The notes below the pieces were generated by a model. It was not told the DNA's origin and made no database searches. It worked only from the letters and a program-made list of their open reading frames with translations. DNA of 64,000 bases, from contig OZ024743.1 in the NCBI GenBank assembly GCA_964016885.1, positions 327,918,001 through 327,982,000 on the forward strand, read 5' to 3'. How positions within the stretch are numbered: position 1 is the stretch's first letter; each line of letters begins with the position of its first letter. The DNA is from Eledone cirrhosa. Lineage: Eukaryota. Shown here piece by piece: positions 1-15,000 of this stretch. Both the position numbers and the translations under genes were made by a program.

Positions 1-3000
1 GAGGGAAGAGTAAGCAGGCAGTGGCAAGGAGCTGTGTTGTGTATAGGAAGAAGGAGTCAGACACTATGTACTAGCAGAGGGAGCAGTAAGCTGGCAGTGG
101 CAAGGAAGCTGTGTTGTGTATAGGAAGAAGTAGTCAAACATTATGTACTATCAGAGGGAAGAGTAAGCTGGCTGTGGCAAGGAAGCTGTGTTGTGTATAG
201 GAAGAAGTAGTCAGACATTATATACTAGCAGAGGGAACAGTAAGCTGGCAGTGGCAAGGAAGCTGTGTTGTGTATAGGAAGTAGTAGTCAGACATTATGT
301 ACTAGCAGAGGGAAGAGTAAGCAGGCAGTGGCAAGGAGCTGTGTTGTGTATAGGAAGAAGGAGTCAGACACTATGTACTAGCAGAGGGAGCAGTAAGCTG
401 GCAGTGGCAAGGAAGCTGTGTTGTGTATAGGAAGAAGTAGTCAAACATTATGTACTATCAGAGGGAAGAGTAAGCTGGCTGTGGCAAGGAAGCTGTGTTG
501 TGTATAGGAAGAAGAAGTCAAACATTATGTACTACGAGAGGGAACGGTAAGCTGGCAGTGGCAAGGAAGCTGTGTTGTGTATACGAAGAAGTAGTCAGCC
601 ACTATGTACTAGCAGAGGGAACAGTAAGCTGGCAGTGGCAAGGAAGCTGTGTTGTGTATAGGAAGAAGTAGCAGACATTATGTACTAGCAGAGGGAACAG
701 TAAGCTGGCAGTGGCAAGGAAGCTGTGTTGTGTATAGGCAGAAGGAGTCAGACACTAGGTACTAGCAGAGGGAACAGTAAGCTGGCAGTGGCAAGGAAGC
801 TGTGTTGTGTATAGGAAGAAGTAGTCGGACATTATGTACTATCAGAGGGAACAGTAAGCTGGCAGTGGCAAAGAAGCTGTGTTGTGTATAGGAAGAAGTA
901 GTCAGACATTATGTACTAGCAGAGGGAACAGTAAGCTGGCAGTTGCAAGGAAGCTGTGTTGTGTATAGGAAGTAGTAGTCAGACATTATGTACTAGCAGA
1001 GGCAACAGTAAGCTGGCAGTGGGAAGGAAGCTGTATTGTGTATAGGAAGAAGGAGTCGGACACTAGGTACTAGCAGAGGGAACAGTAAGCTGGCAGTGGC
1101 AAGGAAGCTGTGTTGTGTATAGGAAGAAGTAGTCAGACATTATGTACTAGCAGAGGGAACAGTAAGCTGGCAGTGGCAAGGAAGCTGTGTTGTGTATAGG
1201 AAGAAGTAGTCAGACATTATGTACTAGCAGAGGAAACATTAAGCTGTCTGTGGTAAGGAAGCTGTGTTGTGTATAGGAAGAAAGAGTCAGACACTATGTA
1301 CTACGAGAGGGAACAGTAAGCTGGCAGTGGCAAGGAAGCTGTGTTGTGTATAGGAAGACGTAGTCAGACATTATGTACTAGCAGAGGGAGCAGTAAGCTG
1401 GCAGTGGCAAGGAACCTGTGTTTTTGTATAGGAAGAAGTATTCAGACATTATGTACTAGCAGAGGGGGAAGTAAGCTGGCAGTGGCAAGGAGGCTGTGTT
1501 ATGTATAGGAAGAAGTAGTCTGCCACTATGTACTAGCAGAGGGAACAGCAAGCTGGCAGTGGCAAGGAAGCTGTGTTGTGTATAGGGAGAAGTAGTCTGC
1601 CACTATATACTAGCAGAGGGAACAGTAAGCTGGCAGTGGCAAGGAAGCTGTGTTGTGTATAGGAAGAAGTAGTCAGCCACTATGTACTAGCAGAGGGAAC
1701 AGTAAGCTGGCAGTGGCAAGGAAGCTGTGTTGTGTATAGGAAGAAGTAGTCAGACATTATGTACTAGCAGAGGGAACAGTAAGCTGGCAGTGGCAAGGAA
1801 GCTGTGCTGTGTATAGGAAGAAGTAGTCAGATATTATGTACTAGCAGAGGGAACAGTAAGCTGGCAGTTGCAAGTAAGCTGTGTTGTGTATAGGAAGAAG
1901 TAGTCAGACATTATGTACTAGCAGAGGGAACAGTAAGCTGGCAGTGGAAAGAAAGCTGTGCTGTGTATAGGAAGAAGTAGTCAGCCACTATGTACTAGCA
2001 GAGGGAACAGTAAGCTGGCAGTGGCAAGGAAGCTGTGCTGTGTATAGGAAGAAGTAGTCAGACACTATGTACTAGCAGAGGGAGCAGTAAGCTGGCAGTC
2101 GCAAGGAAACTGTGTTGTGTATAGGAAGAAGGAGTCAGACACTATGTACTAGCAGAGGAAACAGTAAGCTGGCAGTGGTAAGGAAGCTGTGTTGTGTATA
2201 GGAAGAAGTAGACAGACATTATGTACTATCAGAGGGAGCAGTAAGCTGGCAGTGGCAAGGAACCTGTGTTGTGTATAGGAAGAAGTATTCAGACATTATG
2301 TACTAGCAGAGGAAACAGTAAGCTGGCAGTGGTAAGGAAGCTGTGTTGCGTATAGGAAGAAAGAGTCAGACACTATGTACTACGAGAGGGAACAGTAAGC
2401 TGGCAGTGGCAAGGAAGCTGTGTTGTGTATAGGAAGAAGTAGTCAGACATTATGTACTAGCAGAGGGAGCAGTAAGCTGGCAGTGGGAAGGAACCTGTGT
2501 TGTGTATAGGAAGAAGTAGTCAGACATTATGTACTAATAGAAGGAACAGTAAGCTGGCAATGGCAAGGAAGCTGTGTTGTGTATAGGAAGAAGTAGTCAG
2601 ACACTATGTACTAGCAGAGGGAACAGTAAGCTGGCAGTGGCAAGGAAGCTGTGTTGTGTATAGGAAGAAGTATTCAGACATTATGTACTAGCAGAGGGGG
2701 AAGTAAGCTGGCAGTGGCAAGGAGGCTGTGTTATGTATAGGAAGAAGTAGTGTGCCACTATGTACTAGCAGAGGGAACAGTAAGCTGGCAGTGGCAAGGA
2801 AGCTGTGTTGTGTATAGGAAGAAGTAGTCAGCCACTATGTACTAGCAGAAGGAACAGTAAGTTGGCAGTGGCAAGGAAGCTGTGTTGTGTATAGGAAGAA
2901 GTAGTCAGACATTATATACTAGCACAGGGAACAGTAAGCTGGCAGTGGCAAGGAAGCTGTGTTGTGTATAGGAAGAAGTAGTCAGACATTATGTACTAGC

Positions 3001-6000
3001 AGAGGGAACAGTAAGCTGGCAGTGGCAAGGAAGCTGTGTTGTGTATAGGAAGAAGTAGTCAGACATTATGTACTAGCAGAGGGAACAGTAAGCTGGCAGT
3101 GGCAAGGAAGCTGTGCTGTGTATAGGAAGAAGTAGTCAGACATTATGTACTAGCACAGGGAACAGTAAGCTGGCAGTGGCAAGGAAGCTGTGTTGTGTAT
3201 AGGAAGAAGTAGTCAGACATTATGTACTAGCAGAGGGAACAGTAACCTGGCAGTGGCAAGGAAGCTGTGTTGTGTATAGGAAGAAGTAGTCAGACATTAT
3301 ATACTAGCAGAGGGAACAGTAAGCTGGCAGTGGCCAGGAATCTGTGTTGTGTATAGGAAGAAGTAGTCAGACATTATATACTAGCAGAGGGAACAGTAAG
3401 CTGGCAGTGGCAAGGAAGCTGTGTTGTGTATAGGAAGAAGTAGTCAGACATTATGTACTAGCAGAGGGAACAGTAAGCTGACAGTGGCAAGGAAGCTGTG
3501 TTGTGTATAGGAATAAGTAGTCAGACATTATGTACTAGCACAGGGAACAGTAAGCTGACAGTGGCAAGGAAGCTGTGCTGTGTACAGGAGGAAGGAGTCA
3601 GACACTATGTACTACGAGAGGGAACAGTAAGCTGGCAGTGGCAAGGAAGCTGTGTTGTGTATAGGAAGAAGTTGTCAGACATTATGTACTAGCAGAGGGA
3701 ACAGTAAGCTGACAGTGGCAAAGAAGCTGTGTTGTGTATAGGAAGGAGTCAGATATTATGCACTAGCAGAGGGAACAGTAAGCTGGCAGTGGCAAGGAAG
3801 CTGTGTCGTGTATAGGAAGAAGTAGTCAGACATTATATACTAGCAGAGGGAACAGTAAGCTGGCAGTGGCAAGAAGCTGTGTTGTGTATAGGAAGAAGGA
3901 GTCAGACATTATGTACTAGCAGAGGGAACAGTAAGCTGGCAGTGGCAAGGAAGCTGTGTTGTGTATAGGAAGAAAGAGTCAGACACTATGTACTAGCAGA
4001 GGGAACAGTAAGCTGGCAGTGGCAAACAAGCTGTGTTGTGTATAGGAAGAAGTAGACAGACATTATGTACTATCAGAGGGAGCAGTAAGCTGGCAGTGGC
4101 AAGGAACCTGTGTTGTGTATAGGAAGAAGTACTCAGACATTATGTACTAGCAGAGGAAACAGTAAGCTGGCAGTGGTAATGAAGCTGTGTTGCGTATAGG
4201 AAGAAAGAGTCAGACACTATCTACTACGAGAGGGAACAGTAAGCTTGCAGTGGCAAGGAAGCTGTGTTGTGTATAGGAAGAAGTAGTCAGACATTATGTA
4301 CTAGCAGAGGGAGCAGTAAGCTGGCAGTGGCAAGGAACCTGTGTTGTGTATAGGAAGAAGTAGTCAGACATTATGTACTAATAGAAGGAACAGTAAGCTG
4401 GCAAAGGCAAGGAAGCTGTGTTGTGTATAGGAAGAAGTAGTCAGACACTATGTACTAGCAGAGGGAACAGTAAGCTGGCAGTGGCAAGGAAGCTGTGTTG
4501 TGTATAGGAAGAAGTATTCAGACATTATGTACTAGCAGAGGGGGAAGTAAGCTGGCAGTGGCAAGGAGGCTGTGTTATGTATAGGAAGAAGTAGTCTGCC
4601 ACTATGTACTAGCAGAGGGAACAGTAAGCTGTCAGTGGCAAGGAAGCTGTGTTGTGTATAGGAAGAAGTAGTCAGCCACTATGTACTAGCAGAAGGAACA
4701 GTAAGTTGGCAGTGGCAAGGAAGTTGTGTTGTGTATAGGAAGTAGTAGTCAGACACTATGTACTAGCAGAGGGAACAGTAAGCTGGCAGTGGCAAGGAAG
4801 CTGTGTTGTGTATAGGAAGAAGTAGTCAGACACTATGTACTAGCAGAGGGAACAGTAAGCTGGCAGTGGCAAGGAAGCTGTGTTGTGTATAGGAAGTAGT
4901 AGTCAGACATTATGTACTAGCAGAGGGAACAGTAAGCTGGCAGTGGCAAGGAAGCTGTGTTGTGTATAGGAAGAAAGAGTCAGACACTATGTACTAGCAG
5001 AGGGAACAGTAAGCTGGCAGTGGCAAGCAAGCTGTGTTGTGTATAGGAAGAAGTAGACAGACATTATGTACTATCAGAGGGAGCAGTAAGCTGGCAGTGG
5101 TAAGGAACCTGTGTTGTGTATAGGAAGAAGTAGTCAGACATTATGTACTAGCAGAGGAAACAGTAAGCTGGCAGTGGTAAGGAAGCTGTGTTGCGTATAG
5201 GAAGAAAGAGTCAGACACTATGTACTACGAGAGGGAACAGTAAGCTGGCAGTGGCAAGGAAGCTGTGTTGTGTATAGGAAGAAGTAGTCAGACATTATGT
5301 ACTAGCAAAGGGAGCAGTAAGCTGGCAGTGGCAAGGAACCTGTGTTGTGTATAGGAAGAAGTAGTCAGACATTATGTACTAATAGAAGGAACAGTAAGCT
5401 GGCAATGGCAAGGAAGCTGTGTTGTGTATAGGAAGAAGTAGTCAGACACTATGTACTAGCAGAGGGAACAGTAAGCTGGCAGTGGCAAGGAAGCTGTGTT
5501 GTGTATAGGAAGAAGTATTCAGACATTATGTACTAGCAGAGGGGGAAGTAAGCTGGCAGTGGCAAGGAGGCTGTGTTATGTATAGGAAGAAGTAGTGTGC
5601 CACTATGTACTAGCAGAGGGAACAGTAAGCTGGCAGTGGCAAGGAAGCTGTGTTGTGTATAGGAAGAAGTAGTCAGCCACTATGTACTAGCAGAAGGAAC
5701 AGTAAGTTGGCAGTGGCAAGGAAGCTGTGTTGTGTATAGGAAGAAGTAGTCAGACATTATATACTAGCACAGGGAACAGTAAGCTGGCAGTGGCAAGGAA
5801 GCTGTGTTGTGTATAGGAAGAAGTAGTCAGACATTATGTACTAGCAGAGGGAACAGTAAGCTGGCAGTGGCAAGGAAGCTGTGTTGTGTATAAGAAGAAG
5901 TAGTCAGACATTATGTACTAGCAGAGGGAACAGTAAGCTGGCAGTGGCAAGGAAGCTGTGCTGTGTATAGGAAGAAGTAGTCAGACATTATGTACTAGCA

Positions 6001-9000
6001 CAGGGAACAGTAAGCTGGCAGTGGCAAGGAAGCTGTGTTGTGTATAGAAGAAGTAGTCAGACATTATGTACTAGCAGAGGGAACAGTAAGCTGGCAGTGG
6101 CAAGGAAGCTGTGTTGTGTATAGGAAGAAGTAGTCAGACATTATATACTAGCAGAGGGAACAGTAAGCTGGCAGTGGCCAGGAATCTGTGTTGTGTATAG
6201 GAAGAAGTAGTCAGACATTATATACTAGCAGAGGGAACAGTAAGCTGGCAGTGGCAAGAAAGCTGTGTTGTGTATAGGAAGAAGTAGTCAGACATTATGT
6301 ACTAGCAGAGGGAACAGTAAGCTGGCAGTGGCAAGGAAGCTGTGTTGTGTATAGGAAGAAGTAGTCAGACATTATGTACTAGCAGAGGGAACAGTAAGCT
6401 GGCAGTGGCAAGGAAGCTGTGCTGTGTATAGGAAGAAGTAGTCAGACATTATGTACTAGCACAGGGAACAGTAAGCTGGCAGTGGCAAGGAAGCTGTGTT
6501 GTGTATAGGAAGAAGTAGTCAGACATTATGTACTAGCACAGGGAACAGTAAGCTGACAGTGGCAAGGAAGCTGTGCTGTGTACAGGAGGAAGGAGTCAGA
6601 CACTATGTACTACGAGAGGGAACAGTAAGCTGGCAGTGGCAAGAAAGCTGTGTTGTGTATAGGAAGAAGTTGTCAGACATTATGTACTAGCAGAGGGAAC
6701 AGTAAGCTGACAGTGGCAAGGAAGCTGTGTTGTGTATAGGAAGGAGTCAGATATTATGCACTAGCAGAGGGAACAGTAAGCTGGCAGTGGCAAGGAAGCT
6801 GTGTCGTGTATAGGAAGAAGTAGTCAGACATTATATACTAGCAGAGGGAACAGTAAGCTGGCAGTGGCAAGAAGCTGTGTTGTGTATAGGAAGAAGGAGT
6901 CAGACATTATGTACTAGCAGAGGGAACAGTAAGCTGGCAGTGGCAAGGAAGCTGTGTTTTGTATAGGAAGAAAGAGTCAGACACTATGTACTAGCAGAGG
7001 GAACAGTAAGCTGGCAGTGGCAAGCAAGCTGTGTTGTGTATAGGAAGAAGTAGACAGACATTATGTACTATCAGAGGGAGCAGTAAGCTGGCAGTGGCAA
7101 GGAACCTGTGTTGTGTATAGGAAGACGTAGTCAGACATTATGTACTAGCAGAGGAAACAGTAAGCTGGCAGTGGTAAGGAAGCTGTGTTGCGTATAGGAA
7201 GAAAGAGTCAGACACTATGTACTACGAGAGGGAACAGTAAGCTGGCAGTGGCAAGGAAGCTGTGTTGTGTATAGGAAGAAGTAGTCAGACATTATGTACT
7301 AGCAGAGGGAGCAGTAAGCTGGCAGTGGCAAGGAACCTGTGTTGTGTATAGGAAGAAGTAGTCAGACATTATGTACTAATAGAAGGAACAGTAAACTGGC
7401 AATGGCAAGGAAGCTGTGTTGTGTATAGGAAGAAGTAGTCAGACACTATGTACTAGCAGAGGGAACAGTAAGCTGGCAGTGGCAAGGAAGCTGTGTTGTG
7501 TATAGGAAGAAGTATTCAGACATTATGTACTAGCAGAGGGGGAAGTAAGCTGGCAGTGGCAAGGAGGCTGTGTTATGTATAGGAAGAAGTAGTCTGCCAC
7601 TATGTACTAGCAGAGGGAACAGTAAGCTGGCAGTGGCAAGGAAGCTGTGTTGTGTATAGGAAGAAGTAGTCAGCCACTATGTACTAGCAGAAGGAACAGT
7701 AAGTTGGCAGTGGCAAGGAAGTTGTGTTGTGTATAGGAAGTAGTAGTCAGACACTATGTACTAGCAGAGGGAACAGTAAGCTGGCAGTGGCAAGGAAGCT
7801 GTGTTGTGTATAGGAAGAAGTAGTCAGACACTATGTACTAGCAGAGGGAACAGTAAGCTGGCAGTGGCAAGGAAGCTGTGTTGTGTATAGGAAGTAGTAG
7901 TCAGACATTATGTACTAGCAGAGGGAAGAGTAAGCAGGCAGTGGCAAGGAGCTGTGTTGTGTATAGGAAGAAGGAGTCGGACACTATGTACTAGCAGAGG
8001 GAGCAGTAAGCTGGCAGTGGCAAGGAAGCTGTGTTGTGTATAGGAAGAAAGAGTCAGACACTATGTACTAGCAGAGGGAACAGTAAGCTGGCAGTGGCAA
8101 GCAAGCTGTGTTGTGTATAGGAAGAAGTAGACAGACATTATGTACTATCAGAGGGAGCAGCTGGCAGTGGCAAGGAACCTGTGTTGTGTATAGGAAGAAG
8201 TAGTCAGACATTATGTACTAGCAGAGGAAACAGTAAGCTGGCAGTGGTAAGGAAGCTGTGTTGCGTATAGGAAGAAAGAGTCAGACACTATGTACTACGA
8301 GCGGGAACAGTAAGCTGGCAGTGGCAAGGAAGCTGTGTTGTGTATAGGAAGAAGTAGTCAGACATTATGTACTAGCAGAGGGAGCAGTAAGCTGGCAGTG
8401 GCAAGGTACCTGTGTTGTGTATAGGAAGAAGTAGTCAGACATTATGTACTAATAGAAGGAACAGTAAGCTGGCAATGGCAAGGAAGCTGTGTTGTGTATA
8501 GGAAGAAGTAGTCAGACACTATGTACTAGCAGAGGGAACAGTAAGCTGGCAGTGGCAAGGAAGCTGTGTTGTGTATAGGAAGAAGTATTCAGACATTATG
8601 TACTAGCAGAGGGGGAAGTAAGCTGGCAGTGGCAAGAAGCTGTGTTGTGTATAGGAAGAAGTAGTCTGCCACTATGTACTAGCAGAGGGAACAGTAAGCT
8701 GGCAGTGGCAAGGAAGCTGTGTTGTGTATAGGAAGAAGTAGTCAGCCACTATGTACTAGCAGAAGGAACAGTAAGTTGGCAGTGGCAAGGAAGCTGTGTT
8801 GTGTATAGGAAGTAGTAGTCAGACACTATGTACTAGCAGAAGGAACAGTAAGCTGGCAGTGGCAAGGAGGCTGTGTTATGTATAGGAAGAAGTATTCAGA
8901 CATTATGTACTAGCAGAGGGGGAAGTAAGCTGGCAGTGGCAAAGGAGGCTGTGTTATGTATAGGAAGAAGTAGTCTGCCACTATGTACTAGCAGAGGGAA

Positions 9001-12000
9001 CAGTAAGCTGGCAGTGGCAAGGAAGCTGTGTTGTGTATAGGAAGAAGTAGTCAGACATTATGTACTAGCAGAGGGAGCAGTAAGCTGGCAGTGGCAAGGA
9101 ACCTGTGTTGTGTATAGGAAGAAGTAGTCAGACATTATGTACTAATAGAAGGAACAGTAAGCTGGCAATGGCAAGGAAGCTGTGTTGTGTATAGGAAGAA
9201 GTAGTCAGACACTATGTACTAGCAGAGGGAACAGTAAGCTGGCAGTGGCAAGGAAGCTGTGTTGTGTATAGGAAGAAGTATTCAGACATTATGTACTAGC
9301 AGAGGGGGAAGTAAGCTGGCAGTGGCAAAGGAGGCTGTGTTATGTATAGGAAGAAGTAGTCTGCCACTATGTACTAGCAGAGGGAACAGTAAGCTGGCAG
9401 TGGCAAGGAAGCTGTGTTGTGTATAGGAAGAAGTAGTCAGCCACTATGTACTAGCAGAAGGAACAGTAAGTTGGCAGTGGCAAGGAAGCTGTGTTGTGTA
9501 TAGGAAGTAGTAGTCAGACACTATGTACTAGCAGAGGGAACAGTAAGCTGGCAGTGGCAAGGAGGCTGTGTTATGTATAGGAAGAAGTAGTCAGACACTA
9601 TGTACTAGCAGAGGGAACAGTAAGCTGGCAGTGGCAAGGAAGCTGTGTTGTGTATAGGAAGTAGTAGTCAGACATTATGTACTAGCAGAGGGAAGAGTAA
9701 GCTGGCAATGGCAAGGAAGCTGTGTTGTGTATAGGAAGAAGTAGTCAGACACTATGTACTAGCAGAGGGAACAGTAAGCTGGCAGTGGCAAGGAAGCTGT
9801 GTTGTGTATAGGAAGTAGTAGTCAGACATTATGTACTAGCAGAGGGAAGAGTAAGCAGGCAGTGGCAAGGAGCTGTGTTGTGTATAGGAAGAAGGAGTCA
9901 GACACTATGTACTAGCAGAGGGAGCAGTAAGCTGGCAGTGGCAAGGAAGCTGTGTTGTGTATAGGAAGAAGTAGTCAAACATTATGTACTATCAGAGGGA
10001 AGAGTAAGCTGGCAGTGGCAAGGAAGCTGTGTTATGTATAGGAAGAAGTAGTCAAACATTATGTACTATCAGTGGGAACAGTAAGCTGGCAGTGGCAAGG
10101 AAGCTGTGTTGTGTATAGGCAGAAGGAGTCAGACACTAGGCACTAGCAGAGGGAACAGTAAGCTGGCAGTGGCAAGGAAGCTGTGTTGTGCATAGGCAGT
10201 AGTAGTCAGACACTATGTACTAGCAGAGGGGGAAGTAAGCTGGCAGTGGCAAGGAAGCTGTGTTGTGTATAGGAAGAAGTATTCAGACGTTATGTACTAG
10301 CAGAGGGAACAGTAAGCTGGCAGTGGCCAGGAAGCTGTGTTGTGTATAGGAAGAAGTAGTCAGACATTATATACTAGCAGAGGGAACAGTAAGCTGGCAG
10401 TGGCAAGAAGCTGTGTTGTGTATAGGAAGAAGGAGTCAGACATTATGTACTAGCAGAGGGAACAGTAAGCTGGCAGTGGCAAGGAAGCTGTGTTGTGTAT
10501 AGGAAAAAGTAGTCAGACATTATGTACTAACAGAGGGAACAGTAGGCTGCCAGTGGCAAGGAAGCTGTGCTGTGTATAGGAAGAAGTAGTCAGACACTAT
10601 TTACTAGCAGAGGGAGCAGTAAGCTGGCAGTGGCAAGGAAACTGTGTTGTGTATAGGAAGAAGGAGTCAGACACTATATACTAGCAGAGGGAACAGTAAG
10701 CTGGCAGTGGCAAGGAAGCTGTGTTGTGTATAGGAAGAAGGAGTCAGACACTATGTACTAGCAGAGGGAGAAATAATCTCGCAGCGGCAAGGAAGCTGTG
10801 TTGTGTATAGGAAGAAGGAGTCAGACACTATGTACTAGCAGAGGGAGAAATAATCTCGCAGCGGCAAGGAAGCTGTGTTGTTTATAGGAAGAAGTAGTCA
10901 CACACTATGTACTAGCAGAGGGAGCAGTAAGCTGGCAGTGGCAAGGAAGCTGTGTTGTGTATAGGAAGAAGGAGTCAGACACTATGTACTAGCAGAAGGA
11001 GCAGTAAGCTGGCAGCGGCAAGGAAGCTGTGTTGTGTTTATGAAGGAGGAGTCAGACATTATGTACTAGCAGAGGCAACAGTAAGCTGGCAGTGGCAAGG
11101 AAGCTGTGTTGTGTATAGGAAGAAGTAGTCAGACATTATGTACTAGCAGAGGGAGCAGTAAGCTGGCAGTGGCAAGGAACCTGTGTTGTGTATAGGAAGA
11201 AGTAGTCAGACATTATGTACTAGCAGAGGAAACAGTAAGCTGGCAGTGGTAAGGAAGCTGTGTTGTGTATAGGAAGAAAGAGTCAGACACTATGTACTAC
11301 GAGAGGGAACAGTAAGCTGGCAGTGGCAAGGAAGCTGTGTTGTGTATAGGAAGAAGTAGTCAGACATTATGTACTAGCAGAGTGAGCAGTAAGCTGGCAG
11401 TGGCAAGGAACCTGTGTTGTGTATAGGAAGAAGTAGTCAGACATTATGTACTAATAGAAGGAACAGTAAGCTGGCAATGGCAAGGAAGCTGTGTTGTGTA
11501 TAGGAAGAAGTAGTCAGACACTATGTACTAGCAGAGGGAACAGTAAGCTGGCAGTGGCAAGGAAGCTGTGTTGTGTATAGGAAGAAGTATTCAGACATTA
11601 TGTACTAGCAGAGGGGGAAGTAAGCTGGCAGTGGCAAGGAGGCTGTGTTATGTATAGGAAGAAGTAGTCTGCCACTATGTACTAGCAGAGAGAACAGTAA
11701 GCTGGCAGTGGCAAGGAAGCTGTGGTGATGTATAGGAAGAAGTAGTCAGCCACTATGTACTAGCAGAAGGAACAGTAAGTTGGCAGTGGCAAGGAAGCTG
11801 TGTTGTGTATAGGAAGTAGTAGTCAGACACTATGTACTAGCAGAGGGAACAGTAAGCTGGCAGTGGCAAGGAAGCTGTGCTGTGTATAGGAAGAAGTAGT
11901 CAGACATTATGTACTAGCAGAGGGAACAGTAAGCTGACAGTGGAAAGGAAGCTGTGTTGTGTATAGGAAGGAGTCAGATATTATGCACTAGCAGAGGGAA

Positions 12001-15000
12001 CAGTAAGCTGGCAGTGGCAAGGAAGCTGTGTCGTGTATAGGAAGAAGAAGTCAAACATTATGTACTAGCAGAGGAAGCAGTAAGCTGGCAATGGCAAGGA
12101 AGCTGTGTTGTGTACAGGAGGAAGGAGTCAGACACTACGTACTAGCAGAGGGAACAGAAAGCTGGCAGTGGCAAGGAAGCTGTGTTGTGTATAGGAAGAA
12201 GTAGTCAAACATTATGTTCTAGCAGAGGAAACAGTAAGCTGGCAGTGGCAAGGAAGCTCTGTTGTGTATAGGAAGACGTAGTCAGACATTATGTACTAGC
12301 AGAGGGAACAGTAAGCTGGCAGTGGCAAGGAAGCTGTGTTGTGTATAGGAAGAAAGAGTCAGACACTATGTACTAGCAGAGGGAGCAGTAAGCTGGCAGT
12401 CGCAAGGAAACTGTGTTGTGTATAGGAAGAAGGAGTCAGACACTATGTACTAGCAGAGGAAACAGTAAGCTGGCAGTGGTAAGGAAGCTGTGTTGTGTAT
12501 AGGAAGAAAGAGTCAGAGACTATGTACTACGAGAGGGAACAGTAAGCTGGCAGTGGCAAGGAAGCTGTGTTGTGTATAGGAAGAAGTAGTCAGACATTAT
12601 GTACTAGCAGAGGGAGCAGTAAGCTGGCAGTGGCAAGGAACCTGTGTTGTGTATAGGAAGAAGTAGTCAGACATTATGTACTAGCAGAGGAAACAGTAAG
12701 CTGGCAGTGGTAAGGAAGCTGTGTTGTGTATAGGAAGAAAGAGTCAGACACTATGTACTACGAGAGGGAACAGTAAGCTGGCAGTGGCAAGGAAGCTGTG
12801 CTGTGTATAGGAAGACGTAGTCAGACATTATGTACTAGCAGAGGGAACAGTAAGCTGGCAGTGGCAAGGAAGCTTTGTTGTGTATAGGAAGAAAGAGTCA
12901 GACACTATGTACTAGCAGAGGGAACAGTAAGCTGGCAGTGGCAAGCAAGCTGTGTTGTGTATAGGAAGAAGTAGACAGGCATTATGTACTAGCAGAGGGA
13001 GCAGTAAGCTGGCAGTGGCAAGGAACCTGTGTTGTGTATAGGAAGAAGTAGTCAGACATTATGTACTAGCAGAGGAAACAGTAAGCTGGCAGTGGCAAGG
13101 AAGCTATGTTGCGTATAGGAAGAAAGAGTCAGACACTATGTACTACGAGAGGGAACAGTAAGCTGGCAGTGGCAAGGAAGCTGTGTTGTGTATAGGAAGA
13201 AGTAGTCAGACATTATGTACTAGCAGAGGGAGCAGTAAGCTGGCAGTGGCAAGGAACCTGTGTTGTGTATAGGAAGAAGTAGTCAGACATTATGTACTAG
13301 CAGAGGAAACAGTAAGCTGGCAGTGGCAAGGAAGCTGTGTTGTGTATAGGAAGAAAGAGTCAGACACTATGTACTACGAGAGGGAACAGTAAGCTGGCAG
13401 TGGCAAGGAAGCTGTGTTGTGTATAGGAAGAAGTAGTCAGACATTATGTACTAGCAGAGGGAGCAGTAAGCTGGCAGTGGCAAGGAACCTGTGTTGTGTA
13501 TAGGAAGAAGTAGTCAGACATTATGTACTAATAGAAGGAACAGTAAGCTGGCAATGGCAAGGAAGCTGTGTTGTGTATAGGAAGAAGTAGTCAGACACTA
13601 TGTACTAGCAGAGGGAACAGTAAGCTGGCAGTGGCAAGGAAGCTGTGTTGTGTATAGGAAGAAGTATTCAGACATTATGTACTAGCAGAGGGGGAAGTAA
13701 GCTGGCAGTGGCGAGGAGGCTGTGTTATGTATAGGAAGAAGTAGTCTGCCACTATGTACTAGCAGAGGGAACAGTAAGCTGGCAGTGGCAAGGAAGCTGT
13801 GTTGTGTATAGGAAGAAGTAGTCAGCCACTATGTACTAGCAGAAGGAACAGTAAGTTGGCAGTGGCAAGGAAGCTGTGTTGTGTATAGGAAGTAGTAGTC
13901 AGACACTATGTACTAGCAGAGGAAACAGTAAGCTGGCAGTGGCAAGGAAGCTGTGTTGTGTATAGGAAGAAGTAGTCAGACACTATGTACTAGCAGAGGG
14001 AACAGTAAGCTGGCAGTGGCAAGGAAGCTGTGTTGTGTATAGGAAGTAGTAGTCAGACATTATGTACTAGCAGAGGGAAGAGTAAGCAGGCAGTGGCAAG
14101 GAGCTGTGTTGTGTATAGGAAGAAGGAGTCAGACACTATGTACTAGCAGAGGGAGCAGTAAGCTGGCAGTGGCAAGGAAGCTGTGTTGTGTATAGGAAGA
14201 AGGAGTCAGACACTATGTACTAGCAGAAGGAGCAGTAAGCTGGCAGCGGCAAGGAAGCTGTGTTGTGTTTATGAAGGAGGAGTCAGACATTATGTACTAG
14301 CAGAGGCAACAGTAAGCTGGCAGTGGCAAGGAAGCTGTGTTGTGTATAGGAAGAAGTAGTCAGACATTATGTACTAGCAGAGGGAGCAGTAAGCTGGCAG
14401 TGGCAAGGAACCTGTGTTGTGTATAGGAAGAAGTAGTCAGACATTATGTACTAGCAGAGGAAACAGTAAGCTGGCAGTGGTAAGGAAGCTGTGTTGTGTA
14501 TAGGAAGAAAGAGTCAGACACTATGTACTACGAGAGGGAACAGTAAGCTGGCAGTGGCAAGGAAGCTGTGTTGTGTATAGGAAGAAGTAGTCAGACATTA
14601 TGTACTAGCAGAGTGAGCAGTAAGCTGGCAGTGGCAAGGAACCTGTGTTGTGTATAGGAAGAAGTAGTCAGACATTATGTACTAATAGAAGGAACAGTAA
14701 GCTGGCAATGGCAAGGAAGCTGTGTTGTGTATAGGAAGAAGTAGTCAGACACTATGTACTAGCAGAGGGAACAGTAAGCTGGCAGTGGCAAGGAAGCTGT
14801 GTTGTGTATAGGAAGAAGTATTCAGACATTATGTACTAGCAGAGGGGGAAGTAAGCTGGCAGTGGCAAGGAGGCTGTGTTATGTATAGGAAGAAGTAGTC
14901 TGCCACTATGTACTAGCAGAGAGAACAGTAAGCTGGCAGTGGCAAGGAAGCTGTGGTGATGTATAGGAAGAAGTAGTCAGCCACTATGTACTAGCAGAAG